Assembly (NCBI GenBank): GCA_963770835.1
Contig: CAVYRH010000005.1
Span: forward strand, 348,051-412,050
Direction: 5' to 3'
Length of the DNA: 64,000 bases
Source: an uncultured Pseudomonadota bacterium
Lineage (GTDB): Bacteria; Oederibacteriota; Muellerivitia; Muellerivitales; Muellerivitaceae
The translations under genes and the position numbers were made by a program. A model generated the notes under the pieces. The model made no database searches. It was not told where the DNA came from and worked only from the letters and a program-made list of their open reading frames with translations. This document shows, piece by piece, positions 8,915 to 18,678 of this stretch. Within the stretch, counting starts at the first letter, position 1, and every line of letters starts with the position of its first letter.

Positions 8915-10387
8915 ATGAAAAACGAACTACTCGAAAAAACCATCCACGAAGTCTCGTCAGACCTTAAGGCCAAAAAGGTCTCCGCAGTCGAACTGACCAA
9001 ATCCGCGATGGATTACCTGGAAGAAATCGAGCCCAAAGTCCAATCCTTCATCACCATCACCCGGGACGAGGCATTGAAACAGGCTGCTGAAGCCGACAAA
9101 CGCCTGGCTTCCGGCAAGGATATTCCCCCCCTTACCGGCGTGCCTATCGCCATCAAAGACTTGCTTTGCACCAAGGGCATCCGCACTACCTGCGCCTCCC
9201 GGATGCTGGAAACCTTCAAACCACCCTATAACGCCACGGTGGTGGAGAAGCTTTATGGGGCGGGGGCCGTTTCCGTCGGCAAAACCAACATGGACGAATT
9301 CGCCATGGGCTCCTCTACCGAGACTTCCTTTTACAAAAAGACAAGAAACCCCTGGAACCTCAACTGCGTCCCGGGAGGCTCCTCCGGCGGTTCGGCGGCT
9401 TGCGTTTCCGCCGACCAGGCTTTCGCCTCCTTGGGGTCCGACACCGGCGGTTCCATCCGCCAGCCGGCCGCCCTTTGCGGAATCGTTGGATTAAAGCCTA
9501 CCTATGGCCGGGTTTCGCGCTATGGCCTGATCGCTTTCGCCTCCTCCCTGGACCAGGTGGGTCCCTTTGGCAAGGACGTCGAGGATTGCGCCCTCATGTT
9601 GGGGGTCATCGCGGGCCACGACGCCAAGGATTCCACCTCCGCCGACCTGCCGGTACCTGATTACGTGGCCGAGGCGAAGAAGGGCGTCAAAGGCTTGAAG
9701 ATCGGTTTGCCCAAGGAATTTTTCCCCGAGGGGTTGAACCGCGAAGTGTCGGTGGCGGTGAAAGACGCCATTGCCAAATTACAAAGCCTGGGCGCGGAAG
9801 TGATGGAAGTCTCCCTGCCTTCGTCCCCTTACGGATTGGCGGCTTATTACGTCTTAGCCCCCTCGGAAGCCTCTTCCAACCTGGCCCGTTACGATGGCGT
9901 CCGTTATGGCTTGAGGGAACCGGGCGAAAACATAATGGAAATGTATTCCAAGACCCGCGCTGCGGGGTTTGGCTCCGAAGTCAAGCGCCGCATCATGTTG
10001 GGCACTTACGCGCTTTCGTCCGGTTACTACGACGCCTACTACTTGAAGGCCCTCAAAGTACGACGCCTGATCAAGCAGGACTACGATAAGGCTTTCGAAA
10101 AGGTGGATGTCATTGCCACCCCCACAGCCCCCAACCCGGCTTTCCGGTTCGGGGAAAAGACCGGAGATCCCCTTTCCATGTACCTGGAGGACGTCTTCAC
10201 AGTCTCCATCAATATTACCGGCCTCCCGGGGTTGTCGGTACCATGCGGAATGTCCAAGAGCGGGCTCCCCATTGGGTTGCAGTTAATCGGCAAGGCCTTT
10301 GACGAAGCCACGCTATTACGCGCGGCTTATGCTTACGAGCAGGCCACACCCTGGCATAAACAAAAGCCGTCGTTGAAAGAGGATTAA
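8915..10387 (+). CDS. gatA: Asp/Glu-tRNA amidotransferase subunit A
   Basis: Amidase signature [32 protein letters not shown]. Confidence 0.97.
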   Translation: MKNELLEKTIHEVSSDLKAKKVSAVELTKSAMDYLEEIEPKVQSFITITRDEALKQAAEADKRLASGKDIPPLTGVPIAIKDLLCTKGIRTTCASRMLETFKPPYNATVVEKLYGAGAVSVGKTNMDEFAMGSSTETSFYKKTRNPWNLNCVPGGSSGGSAACVSADQAFASLGSDTGGSIRQPAALCGIVGLKPTYGRVSRYGLIAFASSLDQVGPFGKDVEDCALMLGVIAGHDAKDSTSADLPVPDYVAEAKKGVKGLKIGLPKEFFPEGLNREVSVAVKDAIAKLQSLGAEVMEVSLPSSPYGLAAYYVLAPSEASSNLARYDGVRYGLREPGENIMEMYSKTRAAGFGSEVKRRIMLGTYALSSGYYDAYYLKALKVRRLIKQDYDKAFEKVDVIATPTAPNPAFRFGEKTGDPLSMYLEDVFTVSINITGLPGLSVPCGMSKSGLPIGLQLIGKAFDEATLLRAAYAYEQATPWHKQKPSLKED

Positions 10388-10443
10388 ATGGCGACCGCAC
10401 CGACGCAAAACAGCGTCGGCGCCATGAAAATGATGATTATTTA

Positions 10444-10476
10444 TCCATTCTTGAATAAGAATTATTCAAGAATGGA
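10444..10476. repeat. Perfect 15-bp AT-rich inverted repeat between gatA and gatB
   Basis: TCCATTCTTGAATAA-gaa-TTATTCAAGAATGGA. Confidence 0.8.
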
Positions 10477-10496
10477 AAGACATTTGGAGAATTTCC

Positions 10497-11948
10497 ATGG
10501 AATATGAACCAGTAATTGGGCTTGAGGTTCATTGCGAGCTCAAAACTGTCACAAAGCTCTTTTGCGGCTGCCGCACGACCTTTGGCAACGAAGCCAACAC
10601 CCAGGTTTGTCCCGTTTGTTTAGGTTTGCCGGGTACCTTGCCGGTCATGAACCAGAAGGCGGTGGAATATGCCGTTAAGATCGGCCTAGCCCTCAACTGC
10701 ACGATCGCCAAGTACGCCAAGATGGATCGGAAAAACTATTACTATCCGGACCTGCCCAAGGCCTATCAAATTTCCCAGTACGACAAACCTCTTAACTATG
10801 GCGGTTACCTGGAAGTGCCGCTTAAAGATGGGATCAAAAGAATCGGGATAACCCGAGCCCACCTGGAAGAGGACGCCGGCAAGTTGGTGCACGCGGGCGG
10901 CAAGGCAGGACGTTTGGATTCCTCCGATTATTCCCTGGCCGACTACAACCGGGGTGGCATTCCGCTGGTGGAGATCGTCTCCGAACCTGATATCCGAAGC
11001 GCCGATGAGGCCTATGCCTACCTAACCGAATTAAAGAACATCCTGCTTTATATCGACGTTTCGGACTGCAATATGGAAGAGGGTTCCTTGCGTTGCGACG
11101 CTAACGTGTCCATCCGCCCGAAGGGAACCGAGAAATTCGGCACCAGGACTGAAATTAAAAACATGAACAGTTTTAAATTCGCCAAGCAGGCCATGGAATA
11201 TGAAATCAAGCGCCAGGCCGCCCTGCTGGATAAGGGCGAAAGGGTAGTCCAGGAATCCCGCCTTTGGGACGTGACCGAGAACAAGACCAAAACCATGCGC
11301 TCCAAGGAAGAAGCCCACGATTACCGCTATTTTCCCGAACCGGACCTGGTACCAATCATCCTTTCTGAGGATTACATCAAGAAGATTAAGGACCAGCTCC
11401 CCGAACTGCCGGGCGCAAAGCGGGCCCGTTTTGCATCCAAATACGGCTTGACCACTTATGACGCAGGGGTTTTGACCGCCGAACAGGAATTGGCCCATTG
11501 GTTTGAGGAAGGGGCCAAACACACGAAGAGCCCCAAGGGGCTCGCTAATTGGATGATGGGCGATATGACCGCCAAGATGAAGGAACAAGAAAAGGAACTC
11601 AAGGACCTCAAGTTCGACCAGAAGAAGCTATGTGAACTGGTGGACTTAGTGGAAGCGGGCACGATCAATTCAAAGCAGGCCAAGGAAGTCTTCGCCGAGA
11701 TGTTCGATATGGGGGTTTCCCCGGCGGAAGTGGTGAAATCCCGTGGCATGGCCCAGGTCTCAGACCCCAAGGCCATTGAAGGTGCTGTGGACAAGGTCTT
11801 GGCCGAAAATCCAAGTGTTGTGGCCGATTACAAGGGCGGAAAACAGGGTGTGATAGGGTTCCTGGTCGGCAAGGTCATGCAGTCTACCCAGGGCAAGGCT
11901 AATCCCAAATTAGTGAATGAGATTTTAAAGAAAAAGTTAGATTCCTAA
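10497..11948 (+). CDS. gatB: Asp/Glu-tRNA amidotransferase subunit B
   Basis: VIGLEVH, YPDLPKAYQISQ, HLEEDAGK, DYRYFPEPDL, C-terminal YqeY-like domain. Confidence 0.97.
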   Translation: MEYEPVIGLEVHCELKTVTKLFCGCRTTFGNEANTQVCPVCLGLPGTLPVMNQKAVEYAVKIGLALNCTIAKYAKMDRKNYYYPDLPKAYQISQYDKPLNYGGYLEVPLKDGIKRIGITRAHLEEDAGKLVHAGGKAGRLDSSDYSLADYNRGGIPLVEIVSEPDIRSADEAYAYLTELKNILLYIDVSDCNMEEGSLRCDANVSIRPKGTEKFGTRTEIKNMNSFKFAKQAMEYEIKRQAALLDKGERVVQESRLWDVTENKTKTMRSKEEAHDYRYFPEPDLVPIILSEDYIKKIKDQLPELPGAKRARFASKYGLTTYDAGVLTAEQELAHWFEEGAKHTKSPKGLANWMMGDMTAKMKEQEKELKDLKFDQKKLCELVDLVEAGTINSKQAKEVFAEMFDMGVSPAEVVKSRGMAQVSDPKAIEGAVDKVLAENPSVVADYKGGKQGVIGFLVGKVMQSTQGKANPKLVNEILKKKLDS

Positions 11949-12086
11949 GATTTCGCCAAGAGCTCAATGAGTTCCAACTGCTTTTGGTTTCCGTAGGGTT
12001 TTTTACCCACTGTTTTCGTTTATGGGCCTTCCTTCCGGGTGTAGGCTGGTGGGGTTTCCGAAAGTCATTCTAAAAGAGGTGCTTTG

Positions 12087-12947
12087 ATGATCAACTATAT
12101 TTCTGGGCTCATTTTCGTCATCCTGCTCATCGTGGGCGGGATTGTTTCTTTCACGCTGGGCACGGCCAACGTGGGTCTGGGCGTTCTGGTGGGCATTCTT
12201 TGGCTGGGGATGGATATCATCATTTCCTCCGGCTGCCAGCTGGCGGCCCAATGGGAAAGAGGCGTGATTTTCCGCTTGGGCCAGTTCAGCGGCATCAAGG
12301 GACCTGGCTTGTTCTTCATCATTCCCCTGGTGGACCAGGTCAGACTGGTGGACACCCGCATCCGGGCCGTGGACATCCCGGCCCAACAGGCCATCACCAA
12401 GGACAACGTGCCGGTTAAGATCAACGGCGTCATTTTCTTCAAGGTGGATAAGGCCGAGGATGCCATCATCAAGGTGCAGGACTACCGCTACGCCATTTCC
12501 CAGTACGCCCAGACGGCCTTGAGGGACGTGATCGGCCAGATGACCCTGGACCAGATCTTGAGCGAAAGGGAAAAGATCAGCAAAATGATCCAGGCGGCGG
12601 TGGAGAAGGACACGGAAGGCTGGGGATTGGAAGTGACCGGGATCAACATCCTCGACATCGACATGCCCGAGGAACTCAAGAAGATGATGTCCCGCCAGGC
12701 CTCAGCGGAGCGGGAAAAGCGCGCCACCATCACCAAGGCCGAGGGTGACAAGGAAGCGTCCATAAACCTGGCTGCGGCAGCCGCCACCATGGCCACCAGC
12801 CCTGGCGCCATGCAGTTGCGGACGCTGCAGACCATCGACGGCCTGGGGCCGACGGCTTCCAACACAGTCGTGATCGCCGTGCCGGTTGACCTGATGGACG
12901 CCCTGCAGTCGGTGGCGAAATCCCTCAAAGCCAAACAACAGGGGTGA
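12087..12947 (+). CDS. SPFH/stomatin-like (slipin) membrane protein
   Basis: N-terminal TM helices, WERGVIFRLG, GPGLFFIIP, QAITKDNV, AEREKRA coiled coil. Confidence 0.92.
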   Translation: MINYISGLIFVILLIVGGIVSFTLGTANVGLGVLVGILWLGMDIIISSGCQLAAQWERGVIFRLGQFSGIKGPGLFFIIPLVDQVRLVDTRIRAVDIPAQQAITKDNVPVKINGVIFFKVDKAEDAIIKVQDYRYAISQYAQTALRDVIGQMTLDQILSEREKISKMIQAAVEKDTEGWGLEVTGINILDIDMPEELKKMMSRQASAEREKRATITKAEGDKEASINLAAAAATMATSPGAMQLRTLQTIDGLGPTASNTVVIAVPVDLMDALQSVAKSLKAKQQG

Positions 12948-12957
12948 TCCGGCTGCC

Positions 12958-13548
12958 ATGAGCCCTGTTTCTTACGGTCCTTCGGACGTCATCAACCCCC
13001 GCGGAAACCCTTTCGCGGGCCCCGTGCCGGAAAGCTTCTGGCTGACTAAGGCCCTTTTGTTCGACTTCGACTGGGTGATGGCCGAATCCAAGAACCTCCA
13101 TTACAACAAAAAGGACTACGAGGACCCGACCCCCATCACGGCTTTAAAGGATTGCTTCCGCACGCTGCGCAGTTATGAAATCCGCCTGTCCCTTACCTCT
13201 AACCGGAAGAACAGTGACATCGTCCCGGAATTGGCCCGCCTGAACCTGGTGGAGGATTTCGACAACATCCGCTGCTTTGACGACGTCAAGGAAGTGAAAC
13301 CATCCCCCGAAATGCACCAGCTTTCCATTGATATGTTGGGGGTGAGGTCCTGGCGGGCGGTGGCTTTTGAGACGACCCTGGAAGGAGTGCAGGCCGCCAA
13401 GGCCGCTGGTATTTTTTGTGTGGGAATGCCTCCTGCGGTCAATGGCCAGGCGGATATGAAGATGGATTCTTTCCTGGATACCCCGCTTATTCACGTTCTT
13501 GAAAAAATCGACCAGCTCAAACGCTCAGCCATTTCCCAAGCCCGTTAA
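12958..13548 (+). CDS. HAD-superfamily hydrolase (divergent, cap-less)
   Basis: LLFDFD motif I, KPSPE motif III, AFETTLEGVQAAKAAG motif IV variant. Confidence 0.75.
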   Translation: MSPVSYGPSDVINPRGNPFAGPVPESFWLTKALLFDFDWVMAESKNLHYNKKDYEDPTPITALKDCFRTLRSYEIRLSLTSNRKNSDIVPELARLNLVEDFDNIRCFDDVKEVKPSPEMHQLSIDMLGVRSWRAVAFETTLEGVQAAKAAGIFCVGMPPAVNGQADMKMDSFLDTPLIHVLEKIDQLKRSAISQAR

Positions 13549-13728
13549 AGCCCTCAATTTTTCCCGGCAGTTTCATCTTCCCACAAAACATGCGTTTTTA
13601 GCCTTTGGCATTACGGCTCTATTTTTGACCGGTTAATGTTTTCCTAAAATTCGGGCAAGCACCCAAGAAAAATACAGCGAAAGGGAGTAGGGTTGAATGA
13701 AAGACCGATCGTTTTCGGGAGGGGGAAC

Positions 13729-13968
13729 ATGAAAAAGGAATGGGCGGTCATCATATGCTTGACCATCATGGGATGCCTGGGAGGGGTTGTGGGCTGCTTG
13801 AACGAAAATAACACCTCAACGCCCAAGGGGGGGAATTATGGCTTGGGAGGGCCCAACCCAACGTTCACTCCGGCTCCTTCCTTGACGCCGACAGCGACCG
13901 TAACGGCCACGCCGACCGCCACCCCGATGTTATTCTTTCCTACTCCCACGCCGACCCCCACTTTGTGA
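13729..13968 (+). CDS. Small Pro/Thr-rich putative lipoprotein
   Basis: RBS GGAGG; signal with Cys (VVGC); mature part ends in a PT/TA repeat. Confidence 0.65.
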   Translation: MKKEWAVIICLTIMGCLGGVVGCLNENNTSTPKGGNYGLGGPNPTFTPAPSLTPTATVTATPTATPMLFFPTPTPTPTL

Positions 13969-13976
13969 ATTGATTT

Positions 13977-14813
13977 TTATTTTTTTCTAAGGCAGGATTT
14001 TTCAAAATCCTGAATTGGCTTTTCATATTGGTAGGCCACACTGGGAAAGTCGTTATGGTTGATTCCCTTAATCACCAGCCATTCTTTCGGTTCCACCGCT
14101 TCCTCGAAAACCTTCTGGCCCAACTCAATCGGAATAATCGTGTCTTTTTCGGCGTGGGTTTCCAGCAAAGGGCAGGACCGTTCGGCCACATATTTGCCCG
14201 TCTCGAACTCGTCCCGAATCATGAAGGGAAAAACCAGGAGCCAGGGGTTCCTTTGCCGGCTGACGGCGTAAATGGAAGGGAAGGCTCCCTCCAGGATCAG
14301 CCCGGCGGGATGGGTTTGGGTGGCTAGCTCCGCCGCCACGGAAGAACCGAGGGAGTGGCCCCAGATCAGAATCCGGTTGTCCGGGATTCCCTTGTATCGG
14401 AGCCATTGATAGGCGGCGAAGGCATCGCCATCCACGGCCTTTTCGCTTAAGGGGGCCTTTTGGCTGCCACCATAACTTCGGTAGTCAAAAATGAGGGTGT
14501 CGAAGCCAAAATCATAAAAGATTTTTGAAACTTCCGCCAATTGAGAAAGACAGTCGGCATTCCCGTGGCAATAAAGAAGAACCGGCCGATGGTAATCCTT
14601 TTGGGGATGCTCGATCCACCAACCCGTCAGGGTGACGCCATCAAAGGAAGGAAAGGAAACGTCCTTGAAGTTCTTCAGGTGAAAATCGGCAGGAGTGGCG
14701 CCCGTCAGGCCGACGGGGTGAAAGACCAGTTTGCCTTGAAAAACAACGTAAAGACCCAGAATGGACAAATAAGCCGAAACAAGCGGTAGCAGGACGATGC
14801 GGAGTTGTTTCAT
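13977..14813 (-). CDS. Alpha/beta hydrolase (ABHD/Bem46-like)
   Basis: YCHGNA, FDYRSYG, GHSLG nucleophile, HND catalytic His; N-terminal anchor. Confidence 0.9.
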   Translation of the reverse strand: MKQLRIVLLPLVSAYLSILGLYVVFQGKLVFHPVGLTGATPADFHLKNFKDVSFPSFDGVTLTGWWIEHPQKDYHRPVLLYCHGNADCLSQLAEVSKIFYDFGFDTLIFDYRSYGGSQKAPLSEKAVDGDAFAAYQWLRYKGIPDNRILIWGHSLGSSVAAELATQTHPAGLILEGAFPSIYAVSRQRNPWLLVFPFMIRDEFETGKYVAERSCPLLETHAEKDTIIPIELGQKVFEEAVEPKEWLVIKGINHNDFPSVAYQYEKPIQDFEKSCLRKK

Positions 14814-14874
14814 TATTTCTCTTTTGGACAGGGATTTATCAATTGGGTATAAACCTCAAATCAAAAAGCAATTT

Positions 14875-15128
14875 AGCCACGGATGAATGGGATTCACAGG
14901 ATGGTTTAAAAGCAAAAAATCAAAGGAACTTAAAGTTTTAGTTTAGGGCACCTCTAATAATTCATGCTTCACCCTCACCCCGCCCTCTCCCCTCAAGGGA
15001 GAGGGTGCAAAAGATAAGCAAATTCCACATTCCCCTCGCCCCTTGGGGGAGAGGGTTAGGGTGAGGGGTGCCGTTAGTTTTATTTTTAGAGGTGCCTTTT
15101 ATCCAATGTATCCCATGCATCTGTGGCT
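14875..15128. repeat. Three-layer nested palindromic repeat element
   Basis: Outer AGCCACGGATGAATGGGAT / ATCCCATGCATCTGTGGCT; middle GGCACCTCTAA (14947) / TTAGAGGTGCC (15086); inner CCCTCACCCCGCCCTCTCCC..GGGAGAGGG ... CCCCTCGCCCC..GGGAGAGGGTTAGGGTGAGGG. Confidence 0.8.
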
Positions 15129-15143
15129 CATAAGCCGTTGTTC

Positions 15144-15665
15144 TCAGCTTTTAGCGCTGGGGACCGACTTCCAAACCTTGTCCACTCCGGCGGGCAGGGA
15201 ATCCATGTGCTTCAAAAACAGGACCACCTGCCAAACCTGTTCCTCCGTCAGGGTTCCGCTGAAGGCGGGCATGCCGGTCAACCGGATGCCGTGCTTTACC
15301 TTCCAATAAATGACCCCCTCGGGATCGTCCTCTACTCCATCATCGGCCAACTGGGGGGCATGCTGATATAGGCCCATAGCGATGTTGGAGGCCTTGGCGT
15401 CCGAGGCTCCATGGCAGGCCGCGCAGTTTTGGGCGTAAAGCTTTATTCCAACTGTGAGGTTGGCGTCGTTTAGGGCAACGGGGACGGGCCCCTTGGGGGC
15501 TTCCCGTTGGATAGACGCATGAAGGGATTTGCGGGCCATCCATTTTTCAATCCATGGGGGTTTCCCGTCCGCGTTCGCCGGCATGCATCCGAAGGAAATA
15601 AAGGCATAGGCTCCAACCACCAGTGCAACCAAGGTCACGATGACTCCAGCCAGGAACTTCTTCAT
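15144..15665 (-). CDS. Membrane-anchored monoheme c-type cytochrome
   Basis: CAACHG heme motif, GIRLTGMPAF distal Met, N-terminal TM. Confidence 0.9.
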   Translation of the reverse strand: MKKFLAGVIVTLVALVVGAYAFISFGCMPANADGKPPWIEKWMARKSLHASIQREAPKGPVPVALNDANLTVGIKLYAQNCAACHGASDAKASNIAMGLYQHAPQLADDGVEDDPEGVIYWKVKHGIRLTGMPAFSGTLTEEQVWQVVLFLKHMDSLPAGVDKVWKSVPSAKS

Positions 15666-15825
15666 GGTTCAGCCTCCTTAGGCGTTCAGCAAAGAAAACC
15701 GCTTCCTAAGATTGCAAACTCAAGGAAAGATGGCAAGTTCTTCTTGATCGTAAGGACGAATCATGGGCCTGAAAAGTTTTGAGACGGGCTTGAACGGGTT
15801 AAGGCCGGTAAAGGGAAAAGTCTTC

Positions 15826-16494
15826 TTACTGGGCTGCGCCCAAGTGGACTTCTTGGCGGAGAACCTTCGAGCCGGAGGTTACGACCAGGTAATAAGTTCC
15901 CGGAGAAGCCACGGAGCCGTTCATATCCTTGCCGTCCCAGGTAAAGGTCCGTTTTCCCGCTGGGAGAATACCAGCGAAAAGAATGCGCATTTCCTTCTCC
16001 TGTGGGTCCATTACCTTTACCGTCACAAGGCCCTGCTGGGGATGAGTCACCACAACGGAAAGCTCCTCGTGGATTTTTCCGCTTTGGCCCGAATTAGGGG
16101 AGGGTGCCGTGGAATGTTTTTTCGCATGGGCGGGTTTAGAGGACTGGGACTTGGGTGATTCACGGGAATGGGTCGGCTGAGGCGTAAAAAGGGTGGAAGG
16201 GGTTTGGACCCGGAACAACCAACGGTAAAGGCAATAACCCGACCAGGCCAGGAACAGGAATAAAAGGGACCAGAGAAGGATGCGGAATGGACGGAAGCCG
16301 GATTTAGGGAAGAAGGGGGGCAAAGGCTTCTCCATCCACTTGGGCTCCGGAAGGCCGAGTGATCGGTAGTGCGCTTCCATCAATTCGACGAAACGCTGGG
16401 CGTCTTCCGGCGAGGAAGAAAGCCCTTGGGCCATTTGTTCTTCCTCGGACTCGGTCAGGTCCCTCTTGAAATATTCGTCCAACAGCGGATTCAC
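15826..16494 (-). CDS. Putative anti-sigma factor with C-terminal FlgD-Ig/T9SS-CTD-like domain
   Basis: N-terminus LLDEYFKRDLTESEEEQM resembles an anti-sigma domain lacking Zn ligands; one TM helix; C-terminal TFTWDGKDMNGSVASPGTYYLVV; GTG start overlaps the sigma stop. Confidence 0.7.
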   Translation of the reverse strand: MNPLLDEYFKRDLTESEEEQMAQGLSSSPEDAQRFVELMEAHYRSLGLPEPKWMEKPLPPFFPKSGFRPFRILLWSLLFLFLAWSGYCLYRWLFRVQTPSTLFTPQPTHSRESPKSQSSKPAHAKKHSTAPSPNSGQSGKIHEELSVVVTHPQQGLVTVKVMDPQEKEMRILFAGILPAGKRTFTWDGKDMNGSVASPGTYYLVVTSGSKVLRQEVHLGAAQ

Positions 16495-17063
16495 GATTTC
16501 TCCCCTTTCCACTCACCCTCAAAAAGGTTTCTCAAAGCTTTCCGGCAGCGCGCTAACGGGGACATCACCGTCCCCATGGGAATTTTCAGGGTCCGGGAGA
16601 TATTGATATAGCTCTCGCCTTTTTTGTCGCGCAATTCCAGGACTTTGCGGCACCTTTCGCTCAAAGAGTTGGTGATTCGGCCCAGAAGCGCCAGACGAGC
16701 CTGTTTTTCCTCTTCGACTTCTCTTTCCTCCCCCGGCGAAAGGGATTGGGGAAGGGCCAACCTTTCCAAGTCCTCGTGGAGGGACGCCAAGACCTTCTTT
16801 TTCCGCCTCAGCCTTTCATAGCAGAGGTTGGCGCAAATATTGGATAGCCAGGTGTAAAGGGTGGACCGGAATTCAAATTCCCGCAGCTTCCCCAGGGCAA
16901 TGAGGAAGGTTTGCTGAAGGATATCCTCGGCGTCATCGTCCTCCGGACCCAAAAAGTGGATGCAAGTGTGGAAAAGGCGGCGGGAGTTTTCCCTATAAAA
17001 AACGGTTTGGGCCTCCACGTCGCCCGCCAGGATCCTTTTGACCAACTGCCTTTCGTCGGACAT
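16491..17063 (-). CDS. ECF RNA polymerase sigma factor (sigma-70 group 4)
   Basis: DAEDILQQTF, FRSTLYTWL (region 2); SYINISRTLKIPMGTVMSPLARCR (region 4 HTH). Confidence 0.93.
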   Translation of the reverse strand: MSDERQLVKRILAGDVEAQTVFYRENSRRLFHTCIHFLGPEDDDAEDILQQTFLIALGKLREFEFRSTLYTWLSNICANLCYERLRRKKKVLASLHEDLERLALPQSLSPGEEREVEEEKQARLALLGRITNSLSERCRKVLELRDKKGESYINISRTLKIPMGTVMSPLARCRKALRNLFEGEWKGEKS

Positions 17064-17098
17064 TCTTTCCTCGTAAATGTAGTGAATGGGGCGGCGGT

Positions 17099-18640
17099 TT
17101 ATTCCCCCCCGGGGCTCACCGGGTGGGATTGTCGGTACCGGGCCATCCAGTCTTTCAAGGCCTGTGCACCGGGTTTCAAGCGTAAAACCTCAGTAAAGCA
17201 TTGTATGGCGTAATCGGGCTGACCCGACTGCCAATAGAGGTTTCCAAGATCCATCCAGGCTTGGGCATCATTGGGGTTTTGCCCCACCTTCTGCCCTGCC
17301 TCATCCAGGGCCTTTTCCAGTTCGGGGGATGGCGTGGAGGAAGCGGATACCGGGGATTCCACCGTGTCGGGGATTTGAAAAAAGGTTTCAACCTTCACCA
17401 CTTGGTCGGAAGGAAGCTGCGTTGAGGAAGGACTGAAATTGAGTGAGGTTATAGTGGGTGAGGGAGAGGGTTTATTGGAAACCACGGCCGTATTTGTCGG
17501 GCTCGGGACCTGAAGGTTTTCCGGGCTTGGGGTAACAGAAGGGGAAGCGGGGGTTGGGAGACGTGTGGAAACCGGCGTGGGGGAAGGGAAAAGGAAGGTT
17601 TTTGCCGGAACCGGAGTGGGTTTCGGGGTTTGGGTGGGAGAAGGAGTGGAAACCGGGGTGGGGTGGGGGATTGGGGGCCTTGAAGCTGGACTGGGCAGGC
17701 GGTAAGTGAGGCCGACCATTTGGGAAAACCCCAGGTCGCCGTCCGGCGCGTAACTGTAGTCCAGGCTGAAATCCTGAAAATCGAAACCCAAGCCACCGGT
17801 CAGGCCCCGGAATCCCGCAATGTAATTGTTATTCAATTCCCATTGGTAGCCCAAGCGGGCGACCAGGACATTTAAAAAAGGCTGTTCCGCCCCGAATTGA
17901 AGCCTCGCTACGTTGTAAAGAGGAAGGGAAAAAGTGGATTCCAGGAGGGTTGGATTTTTAAAGAGCAAGAGGGTAGACCAGGATGCCCCAACGCCCAAAA
18001 AGCCGACCCCAAGCTGGGAGTCCGTATTCAAAAAGGTATAGGAGGCTCCCAAATCGAAGTTTGAAAAGGGATTCCAGAGCGCTCCGGCTTGCAAGGAAGA
18101 AGACAGGTTGGAGATGCCGGGGGCCAGGGATTGGAAAAGACCCTGGACTGAAAGCCCAACTGAGAAGCCGGAAAACCAGGGACTGCCCCATCCCAATGAA
18201 AGGGAACCCCTAAAAGGATGGTTGGAAGAAGTCGGGTTTCCCAATGCGTCATAACCCTCTAGCGGCCCAAAGTCGAGGTAGTTCGCGCCAAGTGCGAAAC
18301 CGCCGATTTTTCCGGTTGGAAAGCCGGCCAGGAGGGTTTCCTGGGAAATGCCGGCGATCCAGTCCTCGTGGACCAGGGACAACTGGAAGGAATCCAGCCC
18401 GCCCAAACCGGCGGGATTGTAAAAGAGGCAGGCGGGGTCCCCCGATACCGCCGTGAAAGCCTCACCCAGCGCGGAAGCCCGGGGGGAATGGCCCAGGTTT
18501 TCCAACGGGTAAGGTGTATTAGCGGTGGTATAAATCGTCTGACTGAAGGAGAGCGCCGGGAGGGAGAGAACGCCTCCCAAGACGCAAGGCAGAAGCTTCT
18601 TGGGAACCATGGGTTTAAAATCTTTCAAAGCGCGGAACAT
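17099..18640 (-). CDS. PorV/PorQ-like outer-membrane beta-barrel with Pro/Thr linker and C-terminal TPR
   Basis: SPRASALGEAFTAVSGDPACLFYNPAGL PorV/FadL-type motif, amphipathic strands ending GLTYRL, PTP linker, AQAWMDLGNLYWQSGQPDYAIQCFTEVLRLKP TPR; start uncertain (18610-18667). Confidence 0.75.
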   Translation of the reverse strand: MFRALKDFKPMVPKKLLPCVLGGVLSLPALSFSQTIYTTANTPYPLENLGHSPRASALGEAFTAVSGDPACLFYNPAGLGGLDSFQLSLVHEDWIAGISQETLLAGFPTGKIGGFALGANYLDFGPLEGYDALGNPTSSNHPFRGSLSLGWGSPWFSGFSVGLSVQGLFQSLAPGISNLSSSLQAGALWNPFSNFDLGASYTFLNTDSQLGVGFLGVGASWSTLLLFKNPTLLESTFSLPLYNVARLQFGAEQPFLNVLVARLGYQWELNNNYIAGFRGLTGGLGFDFQDFSLDYSYAPDGDLGFSQMVGLTYRLPSPASRPPIPHPTPVSTPSPTQTPKPTPVPAKTFLFPSPTPVSTRLPTPASPSVTPSPENLQVPSPTNTAVVSNKPSPSPTITSLNFSPSSTQLPSDQVVKVETFFQIPDTVESPVSASSTPSPELEKALDEAGQKVGQNPNDAQAWMDLGNLYWQSGQPDYAIQCFTEVLRLKPGAQALKDWMARYRQSHPVSPGGE

Positions 18641-18678
18641 GCGATCAACCTTTTGGGTGCCGTGCACAGGCGTGTTTT

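Noticed and set aside
15043..15371. Short + strand ORFs near the nested repeat
   Set aside because: Derived from repeat sequence and antisense to the cytochrome c gene.
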